From NCBI GenBank assembly GCA_963695875.1, contig CAVOID010000003.1, positions 128,001-192,000 on the forward strand: DNA of 64,000 nt, in the 5' to 3' direction. Both the position numbers and the translations under genes were made by a program. The notes under the pieces were generated by a model, which made no database searches, had not been told where the DNA came from, and saw only the letters and a program-made list of their open reading frames with translations. This document shows positions 11,740 to 24,767 of this stretch, piece after piece (within the stretch, counting starts at the first letter, position 1; the number at the start of each line of letters is the position of its first letter). The DNA comes from an uncultured delta proteobacterium (GTDB taxonomy: Bacteria > Desulfobacterota > Syntrophia > Syntrophales > UBA2185).

Positions 11740-12806
11740 AGAACATCGCCTGCTCGTTATCAACGTCGGCTCTACTTCAACAAAAGTCGCATGGTTCAAG
11801 GGAAACGCCCCCATAGATCCTCGAAACAATCCGGTACAGCAGTGAAGACTTGACCCGTTATTCTTCTCTTGAAGAACAGCTTTCTCTTCGTGAAAAGGAC
11901 CTCCTTGAATTCCTGAAGAAGAACGGAATCGGCCTGGAAGAAGTGGACATGATTGTCAGCCGCGGAGGTCTTGGCAGGCCGGCGCCGGCGGGTGCTTACG
12001 AAATTGATGAAGCCATGTGCAGTGATCTTCTGGAGGGAAAATTCGGGAAACACCCTTCAGCCCTGGGGCCGGCCATGGCCCTGAATTTCTCCAGAAAATA
12101 CGGGATACCGGCCATCGTGATCGATCCGCCGAGCACGGACGAATTTCAGCCTCTGGCCAGGTTTTCCGGTCTTCCGGAAATTGAGAGGAAAAGCGCCCTT
12201 CACGCGCTGAATCAGAAGGCGGCAGCCCGTCGTCTTGCCGGAGAATTGCGGAAAAAATACGAGGAAATGAATCTCATCGTGGCCCATCTGGGCGGGGGTA
12301 TCACTGTCGGCGCCCATCAGAAGGGCAGGGTAATCGATTGCACCCATGGGCTTGCGGAGGGTCCTTTCACACCGGAGAGGGCCGGTAGTCTTCCCACAGC
12401 AGACCTGCTTGACATGGCCTTTTCAGGCAAGTTTGATAAAAGACAACTTCTGCGCCGCCTTGTTGGTCAGGGCGGCCTTTTCGCCTATCTTGGTACAAAC
12501 GATGTTGAGAAGGTACAGGAGATGATCAGGGCGGGAGACGAAAAGGCAAAGCTGGTGTATGAGGCCATGGCCTATCAGGTGGCCAAGGAGATCGGTGCGA
12601 TGAGCGTTGTCCTGAAGGGTGAAATCGATGGGATCATCCTGACAGGGGGTCTGGCAAACTCCGAGATTATGACAGGCTTGATCAGGGAGCGTGTCCGGTT
12701 CATTGCACCTGTATTCGTCTATCCCGGTGAGGATGAGATTTCAGCGCTCGCCGAAGGCGGCCTCAGGGTGTTGCGCAAGGAAGAAATTCTAAAAAGATAT
12801 TCGTAA
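11732..12806 (+). CDS. buk: Butyrate kinase (frameshift near 11820)
   Basis: LLVINVGSTSTK, HALNQKA, HLGGGIT, EGPFTPERAG and YPGEDE. Confidence 0.92.
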
Positions 12807-12823
12807 GGAGTACCGAATTCCGG

Positions 12824-15237
<2,414 letters not shown>

Positions 15238-15309
15238 TTATATATTCCTCTGGCCCCTCTCTAGAAAATTCACTACCTCACCTATGGCTTCGCGATGACA
15301 AGGTGTCGT

Positions 15310-16439
15310 TTATTGTACTTTTAACGGCATTATAATGCACATATAATCATCATTATTGACAGATCTTATGACCCCCGGCTTCATACCCGCGCCTATTTCA
15401 AATGCAACCTCCCCTTCATCAATAACCTCTATGGCATCAATCAAATACTTGACATTATAACCAACTGAAATGTCCTTGTCATGATAAGCAACTTCAATCT
15501 CTTCTTTTGCTTCTCCCACGTCCGGGTTTGTCGACTCCAGCACCATTTTACCATCCGCTAACGCGATGATCACTCCGCTGTATCTTTCGCTCGATACAAC
15601 ACTCATTCTTCGAAGTGCATGTAGTAGTGCATCCTTTTCAAATTTTACCACAACACCCTTTTCCGTTGGCATGACCCGTTTGTAGTCCGGATATTCCGCA
15701 TCCACCAGGCTGACCCGGAGCATGGTACTATCCGTTTTGACGATGCACATCCCCTGACGTACCCCAACAAAAATTTCCTCCGGCGCATCTTCAATAAGCC
15801 TTCTGATTTCACTCAATCCTTTTCTGGGAATGATAATCCCCTTTTCAAGCTTCAGAAAATCTGCCTCCCCATATCCGCATTGGCCATGGCCAGGCGATGT
15901 CCATCTGTTGCAACCATTCTTATTCTATTTTTACCGGCGTCATTGACAGTTTCAAAAAAGACGCCACTCAAATTTTTCCTCATCTCATCGCCGGACATGG
16001 CAAAAGACGTTTTCTTAATTAATCCCTCAATTAATTGTCCCTTTATATTATGAAAACTTACTTCACTACGGTCATCAAGAACACTTGGAAAATCATCCGC
16101 AGGCAAACCGGAAATCTTATAAATTATTTTCTGAGACGTTACGGTCACTCTGTGATTTTCACTTGACTCAAACTGAACGATATCCCCCTGAATCTCTCTG
16201 ATCATTTCATACAGTTTTCTTGCGGAGACGGTAATATCACCTTCAGTTAATATTTCCGCATCGTAATCGGCAACCAATCCGATCTCCCTGTCTGTCGCCA
16301 CAATTTTGATCTTATTATTACCGGTCCTGATGAGAATGTTGTTAAGGATCGGCATGGTAGTTTTTTTCTCGACGATACTAAGCGTCTTTTGGATGCCTTC
16401 CAGAAAGGTACTTCTTTGCACTGTAAATTTCATTGTCAC
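15310..16439 (-). CDS. dnaN: DNA polymerase III beta clamp (frameshift near 15860)
   Basis: MVATDGHRL, YPDYKRV and IIMPLK; downstream of dnaA. Confidence 0.95.
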
Positions 16440-16444
16440 GTCCT

Positions 16445-16592
16445 TTCTAAGATATTTTTATTTATATATATAAATTAATAGTAATAGTAATAGGGCCTGT
16501 TACGATTGTTGATCAATATATTTACCTAACTCTTCCTGCATACATATCTAAGATAAGACTGTTAATGAAAAGGGCTAACAAACTGTTAAGCT
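16445..16592. other. Probable oriC with DUE, DnaA-trios and DnaA boxes
   Basis: AT-rich tract, (TAA TAG)x3 at 16476-16493, GGCC, and tandem DnaA-box-like 9-mers at 16498-16515, lying between dnaA and dnaN. Confidence 0.8.
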
Positions 16593-17942
16593 TTGTTTTG
16601 TAAAATCTCCTCAATGTCCTGAACAATCTTTTTCAAATTCATGTCTTCTTCCAGGGCCTTTTTTATTTTGTTATTGGCATAAATAACAGTTGAGTGATCC
16701 CGTTGACCGATTTTGTCTCCGATGTCAGGGAATGATGCAGCTCGTCATTTTTCTTGACAGATACATAGCAATTTGTCTTGCTAATACAAGATTTTTATTT
16801 TTCTTCTGTGATTTGATATCCGATAATTTAATGTTGAGTTTAGAAGCTACGGTTTTTAGAATTTCATCAATCGTCACTTCTTCTTTCTCGATCCGCTTGA
16901 GAATCTTTTTTAAAACCTCTTTGGTAAGGTTCATATCGATTTCTTTACCTGTCAGTGAAGAAAAGGCAGAAATCCTTATTAGATAGCCTTCAAGTTCTCT
17001 GATGTTGGATTCCACCTGGGATGCCACATAGTAGGCCACATTTTGTGGGAGAACCATTTTGTTTTCCTGGGCCTTCTTTTCCAATATTGCGATCTTTGTT
17101 TCTATTTCCGGCGGATGGATGTCGGCAATGAGGCCCCACTCGAACCGGGAACGTAATCTATTTTCCATGTTTGGTATGTCTTTGGGAAATTTGTCGCTCG
17201 TGACGACGATTTGTTTACCTGAATCATGCAGGGTGTTAAAGGTGTGAAAAAATTCCTCCTGAGTCTTTTCCTTTCCGGCAACGAACTGAATGTCATCCAT
17301 CAGGAGACAGTCGATGTTTCTATATTTTTCCCGGAACTTCGGCATTCTGTCATACCTTATCGAATTGATCAATTCGTTCATGAACTCTTCTGCTGAGACG
17401 TACACAACGTTCATATCCGGATGGACTGAAAGCGCATGAAGCCCGATGGCATTAAGAAGGTGTGTTTTTCCGAGACCGACTCCGCCATAAATAAAGAGAG
17501 GATTATAATTCTTAGCCGGTTGTTCTGCTACAGATACGGATGCTGCATGAGCAAATTGGTTGCATGGTCCGACTACAAATCTTCCAAAACTGTAATGCGG
17601 ATTCAACGACTGATTGATCCCTGATCGAACCGGCTTTTTGGGAGCGCGTGTTTTTTCCTGGTGGTCTCCTTGACGACGACCTGAGCTTTGGCTTTTTTTA
17701 GCTTCCTGGGCAATCTGAATATCAACTTTAAGATCGATACCTGCTATTGATGCAAGGGCCTCCCTGATGACAGGGTGGTAATTTTCGATAAGCCAGTCTT
17801 TAAAAAACTTATTGGGAACATTCAAAGTAATGTTGCTCCCCTCCATAGAGGATATTTTGATCGGTCTAATCCATGTCTCAAAGTTCTGTGGACTAACCTT
17901 TTCCTTAATGAATTGAAGACTTTTTTCCCAGAGTATATCCAA
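16586..17942 (-). CDS. dnaA: Chromosomal replication initiator DnaA (frameshift near 16740)
   Basis: YNPLFIYGGVGLGKTHL, DDIQF and RLRSRFEWG; domain IV RDHSTVIYA lies in the shifted frame; probable TTG start. Confidence 0.97.
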
Positions 17943-17953
17943 AACAGTGTGCC

Positions 17954-17985
17954 TTATAAACAGGGTTATCAACACCTGTTGATAC
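17954..17985. promoter_or_regulatory. Cluster of three DnaA-box-like 9-mers upstream of dnaA (possible autoregulation)
   Basis: TTATAAACA at 17954, TTATCAACA at 17966 and inverted GTATCAACA at 17977-17985. Confidence 0.65.
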
Positions 17986-18003
17986 TTTATATTACAAAGA
18001 AAT

Positions 18004-18861
18004 TTATTTGTCTATGCTGTTCATCAGCAATGTCACCAATCGATTTAGTTCCTCTGCTGACTTAAACTTGATTTCTATAGATCCTTTGTTTTTATGCCGG
18101 CGAATATGGATCTCCGACATTAACTTGGATGAGAGATTGTTTTCCAGATCGCGAAGAAAGGGGTCCTTTTTTTTGGCTTTCGTCTCCGTTGGCGCTTTTT
18201 TCAGTTTTTGAATCAGACTTTCCGTTTCTCTTACGCTGAGAGTCTTTTTCCGGATGACGTGAAAAATTCTATTTTGTTCTGCCGGTGTATCAATCATAAG
18301 CAGGGCTCGCGCGTGACCGGGGGTTATGGTTCTATTGATCAAGGCCGACTTGATTTCCGCAGGCAGTCTTAAGAGCCTTATGGTGTTGGCAATAGTGGAG
18401 CGGTCCTTTCCAACCCGGGCAGAGAGTTCATCCTGTGAGAGGCCGAATTTGTTAATAAGCGTCTGGTAAGCGTCGGCTTCTTCGAGGGCGTTCAATCCTT
18501 CTCTCTGAACATTTTCTATGAGCGATAATTCTGCTGCCTCCGAATCGGGAGCATCTCTGACGATTATGGGCACTTCTTTGAATCCGGCTTCCTGAGAGGC
18601 CCTCCACCGCCGTTCCCCTGCTATGATCTCATAGCCGGCGTCGGTTCTTCGCACAACAATGGGCTGAATAATACCGTTTTTCTTAATGGATGCTACAAGT
18701 CGTTTCTGCTCCCGGTCATTAAAGTCCTTGCGGGACTGAAACCGGTTGGGAGAAAGCTCTTCAATCCCGCACATGATGAATGAGGGCCTTGTGCTGACAT
18801 CATCAAGAAGGTCGGGGAACATGGCCCCGAGCCCCTTACCGAGGGAACTTTTTGGCGGCAT
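18004..18861 (-). CDS. parB: Chromosome partitioning protein ParB/Spo0J
   Basis: LGKGLGA, GIIQPI, IIAGERRWRA and ENVQRE. Confidence 0.95.
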   Translation of the reverse strand: MPPKSSLGKGLGAMFPDLLDDVSTRPSFIMCGIEELSPNRFQSRKDFNDREQKRLVASIKKNGIIQPIVVRRTDAGYEIIAGERRWRASQEAGFKEVPIIVRDAPDSEAAELSLIENVQREGLNALEEADAYQTLINKFGLSQDELSARVGKDRSTIANTIRLLRLPAEIKSALINRTITPGHARALLMIDTPAEQNRIFHVIRKKTLSVRETESLIQKLKKAPTETKAKKKDPFLRDLENNLSSKLMSEIHIRRHKNKGSIEIKFKSAEELNRLVTLLMNSIDK

Positions 18862-19632
18862 CTAAATCCTCCCGTTGGTCATGATTTCTCGTGCGAGCTC
18901 CATGTACGAAATAGCTCCACGTGATTTTAGATCGTAGAGAATGATAGGAAGACCATGGCTAGAACTTTCAGACAATCTGACATTCCTGGGGATAATTGTG
19001 TTAAACACTTTATTCCCTAAATGTTTTCTCACATCCTCACTGACCTGATGGGACAGCAAATTTCTCGTATCAAACATTGTAAGCAGGATACCACCTAGAG
19101 CCAAGGAAGGATTTAGTCTTGTCTTAACTAGCTTAACCGTATTGAGCAAATAACCGAGACCTTCCATAGCAAAATATTCGCACTGGAGGGGAATTATCAA
19201 ACTATCAGCTGCGACGAGGGCATTTACCGTTAAAAATCCCAGAGATGGAGGACAATCAAGGATTATGAAGTTATATGCCAAATCCAGATTCTTTAACAGA
19301 GTGCGGAGCTTTTTTTCCCGATCTTTAAGATTTACAAATTCTACCTCAATCCCTATCAGATCCTGATTGGCGGGGACAACATCAAGGTAGGGTAACATTG
19401 TGCCAACAATTACTTCTTTCAGGGGAATCTTGCCGATGAGGGAATGATAAAGATTTTTTTTAGTGATCAGATTCTTGTCTATCCCCATGCCGCTGCTGGC
19501 GTTTCCTTGGGAGTCGCAATCGATGAGCAGTGTCTTCGTTTCCACCGCCGCCAGAGACGCTGCAAGATTGATGGCTGTGGTTGTCTTGCCAACTCCTCCT
19601 TTTTGATTAGCTATGCATATGATTTTACGCAT
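18862..19632 (-). CDS. parA: Chromosome partitioning ATPase ParA/Soj
   Basis: NQKGGVGKTT, DCPPSLG and IPRNVRLSE. Confidence 0.95.
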   Translation of the reverse strand: MRKIICIANQKGGVGKTTTAINLAASLAAVETKTLLIDCDSQGNASSGMGIDKNLITKKNLYHSLIGKIPLKEVIVGTMLPYLDVVPANQDLIGIEVEFVNLKDREKKLRTLLKNLDLAYNFIILDCPPSLGFLTVNALVAADSLIIPLQCEYFAMEGLGYLLNTVKLVKTRLNPSLALGGILLTMFDTRNLLSHQVSEDVRKHLGNKVFNTIIPRNVRLSESSSHGLPIILYDLKSRGAISYMELAREIMTNGRI

Positions 19633-19749
19633 GATTTAATAGAACATACAAACGTCTTTTGCAGTCATAAATTTTGTGTGAAACATTAGCATAAAAAGGC
19701 ATGTTTGAGAAGGAATATTTGCCTTTTTTGTGAGGCAATCTTATCACAT

Positions 19750-20448
19750 TTATAAAGGACGTTTTTCGTAAATGATAATTCTTCGAAAATCACCCGTTAT
19801 AGGTAATGTTATTTCATGGCTCGAGATATATTCTAATCCCAAATTTTGAGACATCTCGGCAGCTTCTGTTAGTTCTTCAGCCGCTTTTTTGCCTTTCATC
19901 GCAATTAAGGTCCCGTTCCCGGACAGAAAGAAGGCACTCATCTGAAGGACTTGAGGTAGTTTAAAAGTGGCCCTTGTTGAGACTACATCAAAACACGCTC
20001 TATAGGAGTCATCCTTCATTAGGTTTTCGGCCCTATTGTGGATTACTGAGATATCTGTAAGGCTTAAACTGCGGATTATGTGCTTCAGAAAAGAGGTCTT
20101 CTTGCGTGATGACTCGAGGAGAGAAACCTTCATTGAATTCAGGACAATCTTCAAAGGGATGCCCGGAAATCCGGCCCCCGATCCTATATCCAGAAGCCGG
20201 CCTGTTTTATTCTTTATGAACGGCAGCGGAGTCAGGGAATCAATGAAATGCTTTATCGGTATGTCGAGGGCTGATTTTACAGAGACCAGATTGATCTTTT
20301 CATTCCAGCCAAGAAGCTCGTTGTAATATGTTGTAAATTGAGAAATCTCTCTTGCCCCCAGGGCTATTCCAAGGGCGTTTGCTCCAGTGGCAAGTATTTT
20401 GGATATATCCCGTTCCATCGCCCACTTGTCGCAGAGGTTGCCATACAT
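19750..20448 (-). CDS. rsmG: 16S rRNA m7G527 methyltransferase (true start may be 20418)
   Basis: HFIDSL and LLDIGSGAGFPGIPL. Confidence 0.93.
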   Translation of the reverse strand: MYGNLCDKWAMERDISKILATGANALGIALGAREISQFTTYYNELLGWNEKINLVSVKSALDIPIKHFIDSLTPLPFIKNKTGRLLDIGSGAGFPGIPLKIVLNSMKVSLLESSRKKTSFLKHIIRSLSLTDISVIHNRAENLMKDDSYRACFDVVSTRATFKLPQVLQMSAFFLSGNGTLIAMKGKKAAEELTEAAEMSQNLGLEYISSHEITLPITGDFRRIIIYEKRPL

Positions 20449-20507
20449 GTCAATCTTTTCTTATTTTGTGGTAGAATTAATTTCCGTTATCTAATAAATA
20501 CGGTGAA

Positions 20508-21257
20508 GTGAGCAGACAAATGCACAATAGAGTAAAAACTGAAAACATCACCATTGTTCTGAACAAGCCAAAATATCCGGGCAATGTCGGATCTGTGGCG
20601 AGGTGTGTGAGGAATATGGGGATTGAAAAAATCTCTGTTGTGGGAAATAGAGACCTTGCTGTAGAGGATATGAAACAGATGGCAACACATTTTGCCGCGG
20701 GGATTGTGGCTCGAATTCAGCACTTCGAGCGGCTGGACGAAGCCTTGGCAAAATTCAACTATATTGTCGGTGCAACATCAAGGAGAGGATCAGGAAGAGG
20801 ACCCGTTGTGTCGCCACGGGAGATGGCGGAACGTATGATGGACATATCCCAGGACAATGAGGTAGCACTGCTCTTCGGGCCGGAAGATACGGGACTTTCC
20901 AATGATGACTTGCGGTTCTGCCATCTTCTAGTAACCATCCCCACGTCAAAACGCTCTAAATCCATTAATCTGTCTCATGCTGTTATGATACTATGCTATG
21001 AGATTTTCGCGGCCCATATGGAACCACTGGAGGCATTTACACCACGTCTTGCTGAATCGACGGAGCTTGAGGGAATGTATGAACAAATGAAGGCGCTGTT
21101 AACGAAGATTGGATTCCTTAATCCCCAAAACCCCGACTACTGGATGATGCACATACGCCGTTTCCTTGGGAGGACCAGTCTCTTGTCCAAAGATGTCAAG
21201 ATCATCCGGGGCATCTGCCGGCAGTTGGACTGGTACATGAGAAACAAAAAAACTTGA
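20508..21257 (+). CDS. trmJ: TrmJ/LasT-family SPOUT tRNA methyltransferase
   Basis: PGNVGSVAR, LFGPEDTGL and SINLSHAV. Confidence 0.85.
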   Translation: MSRQMHNRVKTENITIVLNKPKYPGNVGSVARCVRNMGIEKISVVGNRDLAVEDMKQMATHFAAGIVARIQHFERLDEALAKFNYIVGATSRRGSGRGPVVSPREMAERMMDISQDNEVALLFGPEDTGLSNDDLRFCHLLVTIPTSKRSKSINLSHAVMILCYEIFAAHMEPLEAFTPRLAESTELEGMYEQMKALLTKIGFLNPQNPDYWMMHIRRFLGRTSLLSKDVKIIRGICRQLDWYMRNKKT

Positions 21258-21309
21258 CTTTCCATCGACAGAAAACTATTACTCATCGAAATTCCATGGG
21301 GGTATTATC

Positions 21310-22470
21310 ATGAAAAAGCACTTTTCCTTCACCGGGGCAAGAAAAATTGTCTTCGGCAACGGTTCCTTGGAGACGCTGTCAGACCATATTAGTGAACTGA
21401 AGGCTGCCCGTCCCCTGATTGTCCTTGATAGAAATCTGGCCAAGACAGGCATTAAGGAAAAGGTCTTAGATATTCTTGGTAAAGGCGGTCTTAAGGCGGC
21501 CCTATTCGACCAGAAGGTTGAAGCCGAACCAAAGCTGGAGGTAGCCGACGAAGGGGTTAAAGCCGCCCAGAGGGGGAAGTGTGATATTGTCGTGGGCATT
21601 GGTGGGGGAAGTGCCATGGATGTCGCAAAAGCCATTGCCGTTCTGGCAGCCAATAATGGAAGGGCGAAGGACTATTTAGGGCTTAATAAGGTTCCCGGCC
21701 CCGGACTCCCCAAGATCATGATTCCTACAACTGCGGGGACAGGGAGCGAGGTTACCTTTACGGCTGTTTTTATCCGGCAGAACCTGAAGAAAAAAGAAGG
21801 CATGAACAGTCCGTTCCTGTATCCCGAATTGGCTCTTCTCGATCCGACTCTTACCCTCTCTCTCCCCTCCGTTTCAACCGCATCCACGGGTATTGATGCC
21901 CTGTGTCATGCCATAGAATCCTACACATCAATTAATGCTTCGCCGATGAGCGAGGTGCTTTCCCTGGAGGCCATTGGCTTGATTGCTTCGAACCTGCGAA
22001 CATGCGTCCATGACGGCAGCAACCTGGAGGCGAGGGAGAAGATGCTTCTCGGAAGTCTGTATGCGGGTTTAGGACTTGCTAACGCCGGGGTTGGTGCGGT
22101 CCATTCCCTCTCCTATCCTTTGGGTGGGAAATACGGCGTTTCGCACGGTCTGGCCAATACTATCATGCTGCCCCATGTGATGGCTTTCAATCTGCCGGGT
22201 GCTTTGGAGAAATTCGTTGTCATCGCGGAAGTGATGGGAGAGGTTGTTGATGATATGCCTCTCCGCGAAGCGGCATATCTCGCAGTGGAAGCGGTACAGT
22301 CCCTGATTGAGGATTGCGGTATCTACACTACCCTCGAGGATTTGAACATACCCGAGGAAGCATTGCCTGAGCTTGCTGAGGTGGCTATGACTGTTACGAG
22401 GCCCTTGGAGAACAACCCCCGTAAAGTGACTATAGAGGATGCCATAGAGATATACGGTGAGGCGTACTGA
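21310..22470 (+). CDS. Iron-containing alcohol dehydrogenase, candidate Kdo 8-oxidase (KdnB role)
   Basis: GGGSAMD, PTTAGTGSE and DALCHAIE; adjacent to the kdnA-like gene. Confidence 0.85.
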   Translation: MKKHFSFTGARKIVFGNGSLETLSDHISELKAARPLIVLDRNLAKTGIKEKVLDILGKGGLKAALFDQKVEAEPKLEVADEGVKAAQRGKCDIVVGIGGGSAMDVAKAIAVLAANNGRAKDYLGLNKVPGPGLPKIMIPTTAGTGSEVTFTAVFIRQNLKKKEGMNSPFLYPELALLDPTLTLSLPSVSTASTGIDALCHAIESYTSINASPMSEVLSLEAIGLIASNLRTCVHDGSNLEAREKMLLGSLYAGLGLANAGVGAVHSLSYPLGGKYGVSHGLANTIMLPHVMAFNLPGALEKFVVIAEVMGEVVDDMPLREAAYLAVEAVQSLIEDCGIYTTLEDLNIPEEALPELAEVAMTVTRPLENNPRKVTIEDAIEIYGEAY

Positions 22471-22572
22471 AGCAAAAAAACAAGCACGAAATACAAAATT
22501 ATAATCCGTCATTCTTAGAGCGAGTCTGTTTAGAATTTAGGGATTAGAGTTAAGAATTTAATGGAGGAAAAT

Positions 22573-23775
22573 ATGGCCGGTGCGGAACTTATCGGAAAAG
22601 AAGAAATAAAAGAAATTATGGATGTACTGGAAACAGGTATCCTTATGAGATACGGATTTGACAAGGAAAGGAAAGGCGTCTTCAAGGTACGGCAATTCGA
22701 GGAGGAGTTTTCGCGATATTGCGACGCAAAATATGCCTTGGGTGTAACATCCGGTTCCACAGCACTTAAAGTGGCCCTTACGGCAATGGATGTAGGGCCG
22801 GGGGATGAGGTCATCGTACCGGCATTCACCTTTATCGCTTCTTATGAGGCGGTTTTGGAAGTCGGAGCGATACCGATAGTGGCTGACATTGATGAAACCC
22901 TGAACCTGGATCCCGACGATATTGAAAAGAGGATCACCCCCTATACAAAGGCCGTTATTCCCGTACACATGTGCGGTGCTCCGGCACGTATCGACAAAAT
23001 CATGGCTGTAGCCAGAAAGCATAAGCTTCTTGTCCTTGAGGATAATGCCCAGGCCAGTGGCGGGAGCTATCGCGGGAAAAAACTGGGAACATTTGGTGAT
23101 ATGGGTATCTTCAGCTTTGACTATTACAAAACGGTTACCACCGGCGAAGGAGGAATGGTCTTGACAGATAGCAAAGATTATTATCTCCGTGCCGAGTGGT
23201 ATCACGATCATGGTCATGACCACAACCCCAATGTCAGCAGAGCACTTGAGGGGCGAACCATTCTGGGGTTTAACTACCGGATGAACGAGATCCAGGGAGC
23301 CCTTGGCCTCGCCCAGTTGAGGAAACTTGATACTATTATTGCTGAACAGAAAAAAAATAAACAGGCAATCAAGGAAGTCCTTCGCAAAGTCAAGGGCATT
23401 AAATTCCGGGATATACCTGATCCTGATGGTGATACGGCAACCTTTCTTGCCTTCAATCTGCCCGATGAGGGTACTGCATCGAAGTTTCAGAAGGCGCTCG
23501 GCAGCGAGGGAGTCGATACGGTCTGTTTCAAGAACAATTTGTGGCACTATCTTCCCAACTGGGAGCATTTTCTGGCAAGGGCGACGGCGAATTCAAAAAA
23601 ATATCCCTTTACAGACCCGTCGTATAAAGGAAAAGTCAACTATGACAGATCAACCATTCCCCGGGCGGAGGATATCCTTTCCCGGACCCTTGTGATAGCA
23701 ATAACAGTCAAGATGCCTGAAGAGAAATTTTTGAGAATCAAAGGCGGTATTGAGAAAGCGGCTAAAGGCCTATAG
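22573..23775 (+). CDS. kdnA: DegT/DnrJ-family PLP aminotransferase, KdnA-like (8-amino-Kdo transaminase)
   Basis: SFDYYKTVTTGEGG, DHGHDH and LGLAQLRKLDTII resemble Shewanella KdnA as I recall it; clustered with kdsB. Confidence 0.75.
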   Translation: MAGAELIGKEEIKEIMDVLETGILMRYGFDKERKGVFKVRQFEEEFSRYCDAKYALGVTSGSTALKVALTAMDVGPGDEVIVPAFTFIASYEAVLEVGAIPIVADIDETLNLDPDDIEKRITPYTKAVIPVHMCGAPARIDKIMAVARKHKLLVLEDNAQASGGSYRGKKLGTFGDMGIFSFDYYKTVTTGEGGMVLTDSKDYYLRAEWYHDHGHDHNPNVSRALEGRTILGFNYRMNEIQGALGLAQLRKLDTIIAEQKKNKQAIKEVLRKVKGIKFRDIPDPDGDTATFLAFNLPDEGTASKFQKALGSEGVDTVCFKNNLWHYLPNWEHFLARATANSKKYPFTDPSYKGKVNYDRSTIPRAEDILSRTLVIAITVKMPEEKFLRIKGGIEKAAKGL

Positions 23776-23795
23776 GCCTATAGGGAGAAGGATTC

Positions 23796-24767
23796 ATGAT
23801 CATCGTCACCGGCGGAGCCGGATTTATCGGGAGCGCCTTTGTCTGGAAACTGAATACAGAAGGCATCAACGACATCGTGATCGTCGATGACCTCGGACAG
23901 ACGGACAAATGGAAGAATCTCGTAAACCTGCGTTATGCTGAGTACATCCACAAAGACGTGTTCCTCCGGATGCTCCGCAGCGAACAGGCGCCTTTCCAGC
24001 CCAGGGCAATCATACACATGGGGGCCTGCTCATCAACGACGGAACGCAATGCCGACTATTTAATGGACAATAATTATCACTATACATGCCGCCTCGCCGA
24101 ATGGGCACTCGCTCGCGGCATTCGCTTCATCTATGCGAGTTCTGCCGCCACGTACGGGGATGGATCCAAGGGGTTTTCCGATGAGAATGCACGTACGGAA
24201 ACACTTCACCCGATCAATATGTACGGGTATTCCAAGCAGCTCTTCGACCTCTGGGTTTTGAGGAATAAGGTGGAGAATAAGATGGTCGGGATAAAATTTT
24301 TCAATGTCTTCGGTCCCAACGAGTATCACAAGGGTGACATGCGGAGTGTTGTTCATAAGGCCTTTGAACAGATCAGGGACACAGGAAAAGTCCGACTCTT
24401 CAAGTCTTATAAGCCTGAATACGCCGATGGCGGACAGATGCGTGATTTTGTCTATGTCAAGGATTGCGTCGATATCATGTGGTGGTTGTATGACCATCCG
24501 GAGGTCAACGGCATATTCAATCTGGGGACCGGTAAGGCCCGGACATGGAATGACCTGATCCATGCCGTTTTTTCAGCCATGAATATCAAGCCCAAAATTG
24601 AGTATTTCGAAATGCCGCCGGAGATCCGTGATCAGTACCAGTATTTTACAGAGGCGAAGATGGACAAACTCCGTGCAACGGGATGCCCGATTAATTTCCT
24701 GCCAATGGAAGAGGCAGTACAGGACTATGTCGTAAATTACTTGCAGAAACCGGATCCTCATCTATGA
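23796..24767 (+). CDS. hldD: ADP-L-glycero-D-manno-heptose 6-epimerase
   Basis: [27 protein letters not shown] and RDFVYVKD. Confidence 0.95.
   Translation: MIIVTGGAGFIGSAFVWKLNTEGINDIVIVDDLGQTDKWKNLVNLRYAEYIHKDVFLRMLRSEQAPFQPRAIIHMGACSSTTERNADYLMDNNYHYTCRLAEWALARGIRFIYASSAATYGDGSKGFSDENARTETLHPINMYGYSKQLFDLWVLRNKVENKMVGIKFFNVFGPNEYHKGDMRSVVHKAFEQIRDTGKVRLFKSYKPEYADGGQMRDFVYVKDCVDIMWWLYDHPEVNGIFNLGTGKARTWNDLIHAVFSAMNIKPKIEYFEMPPEIRDQYQYFTEAKMDKLRATGCPINFLPMEEAVQDYVVNYLQKPDPHL

Noticed and set aside
19670..19685. parS-like site upstream of parA
   Set aside because: Only the GTGAAACA half matches TGTTTCACGTGAAACA; it is not a palindrome.
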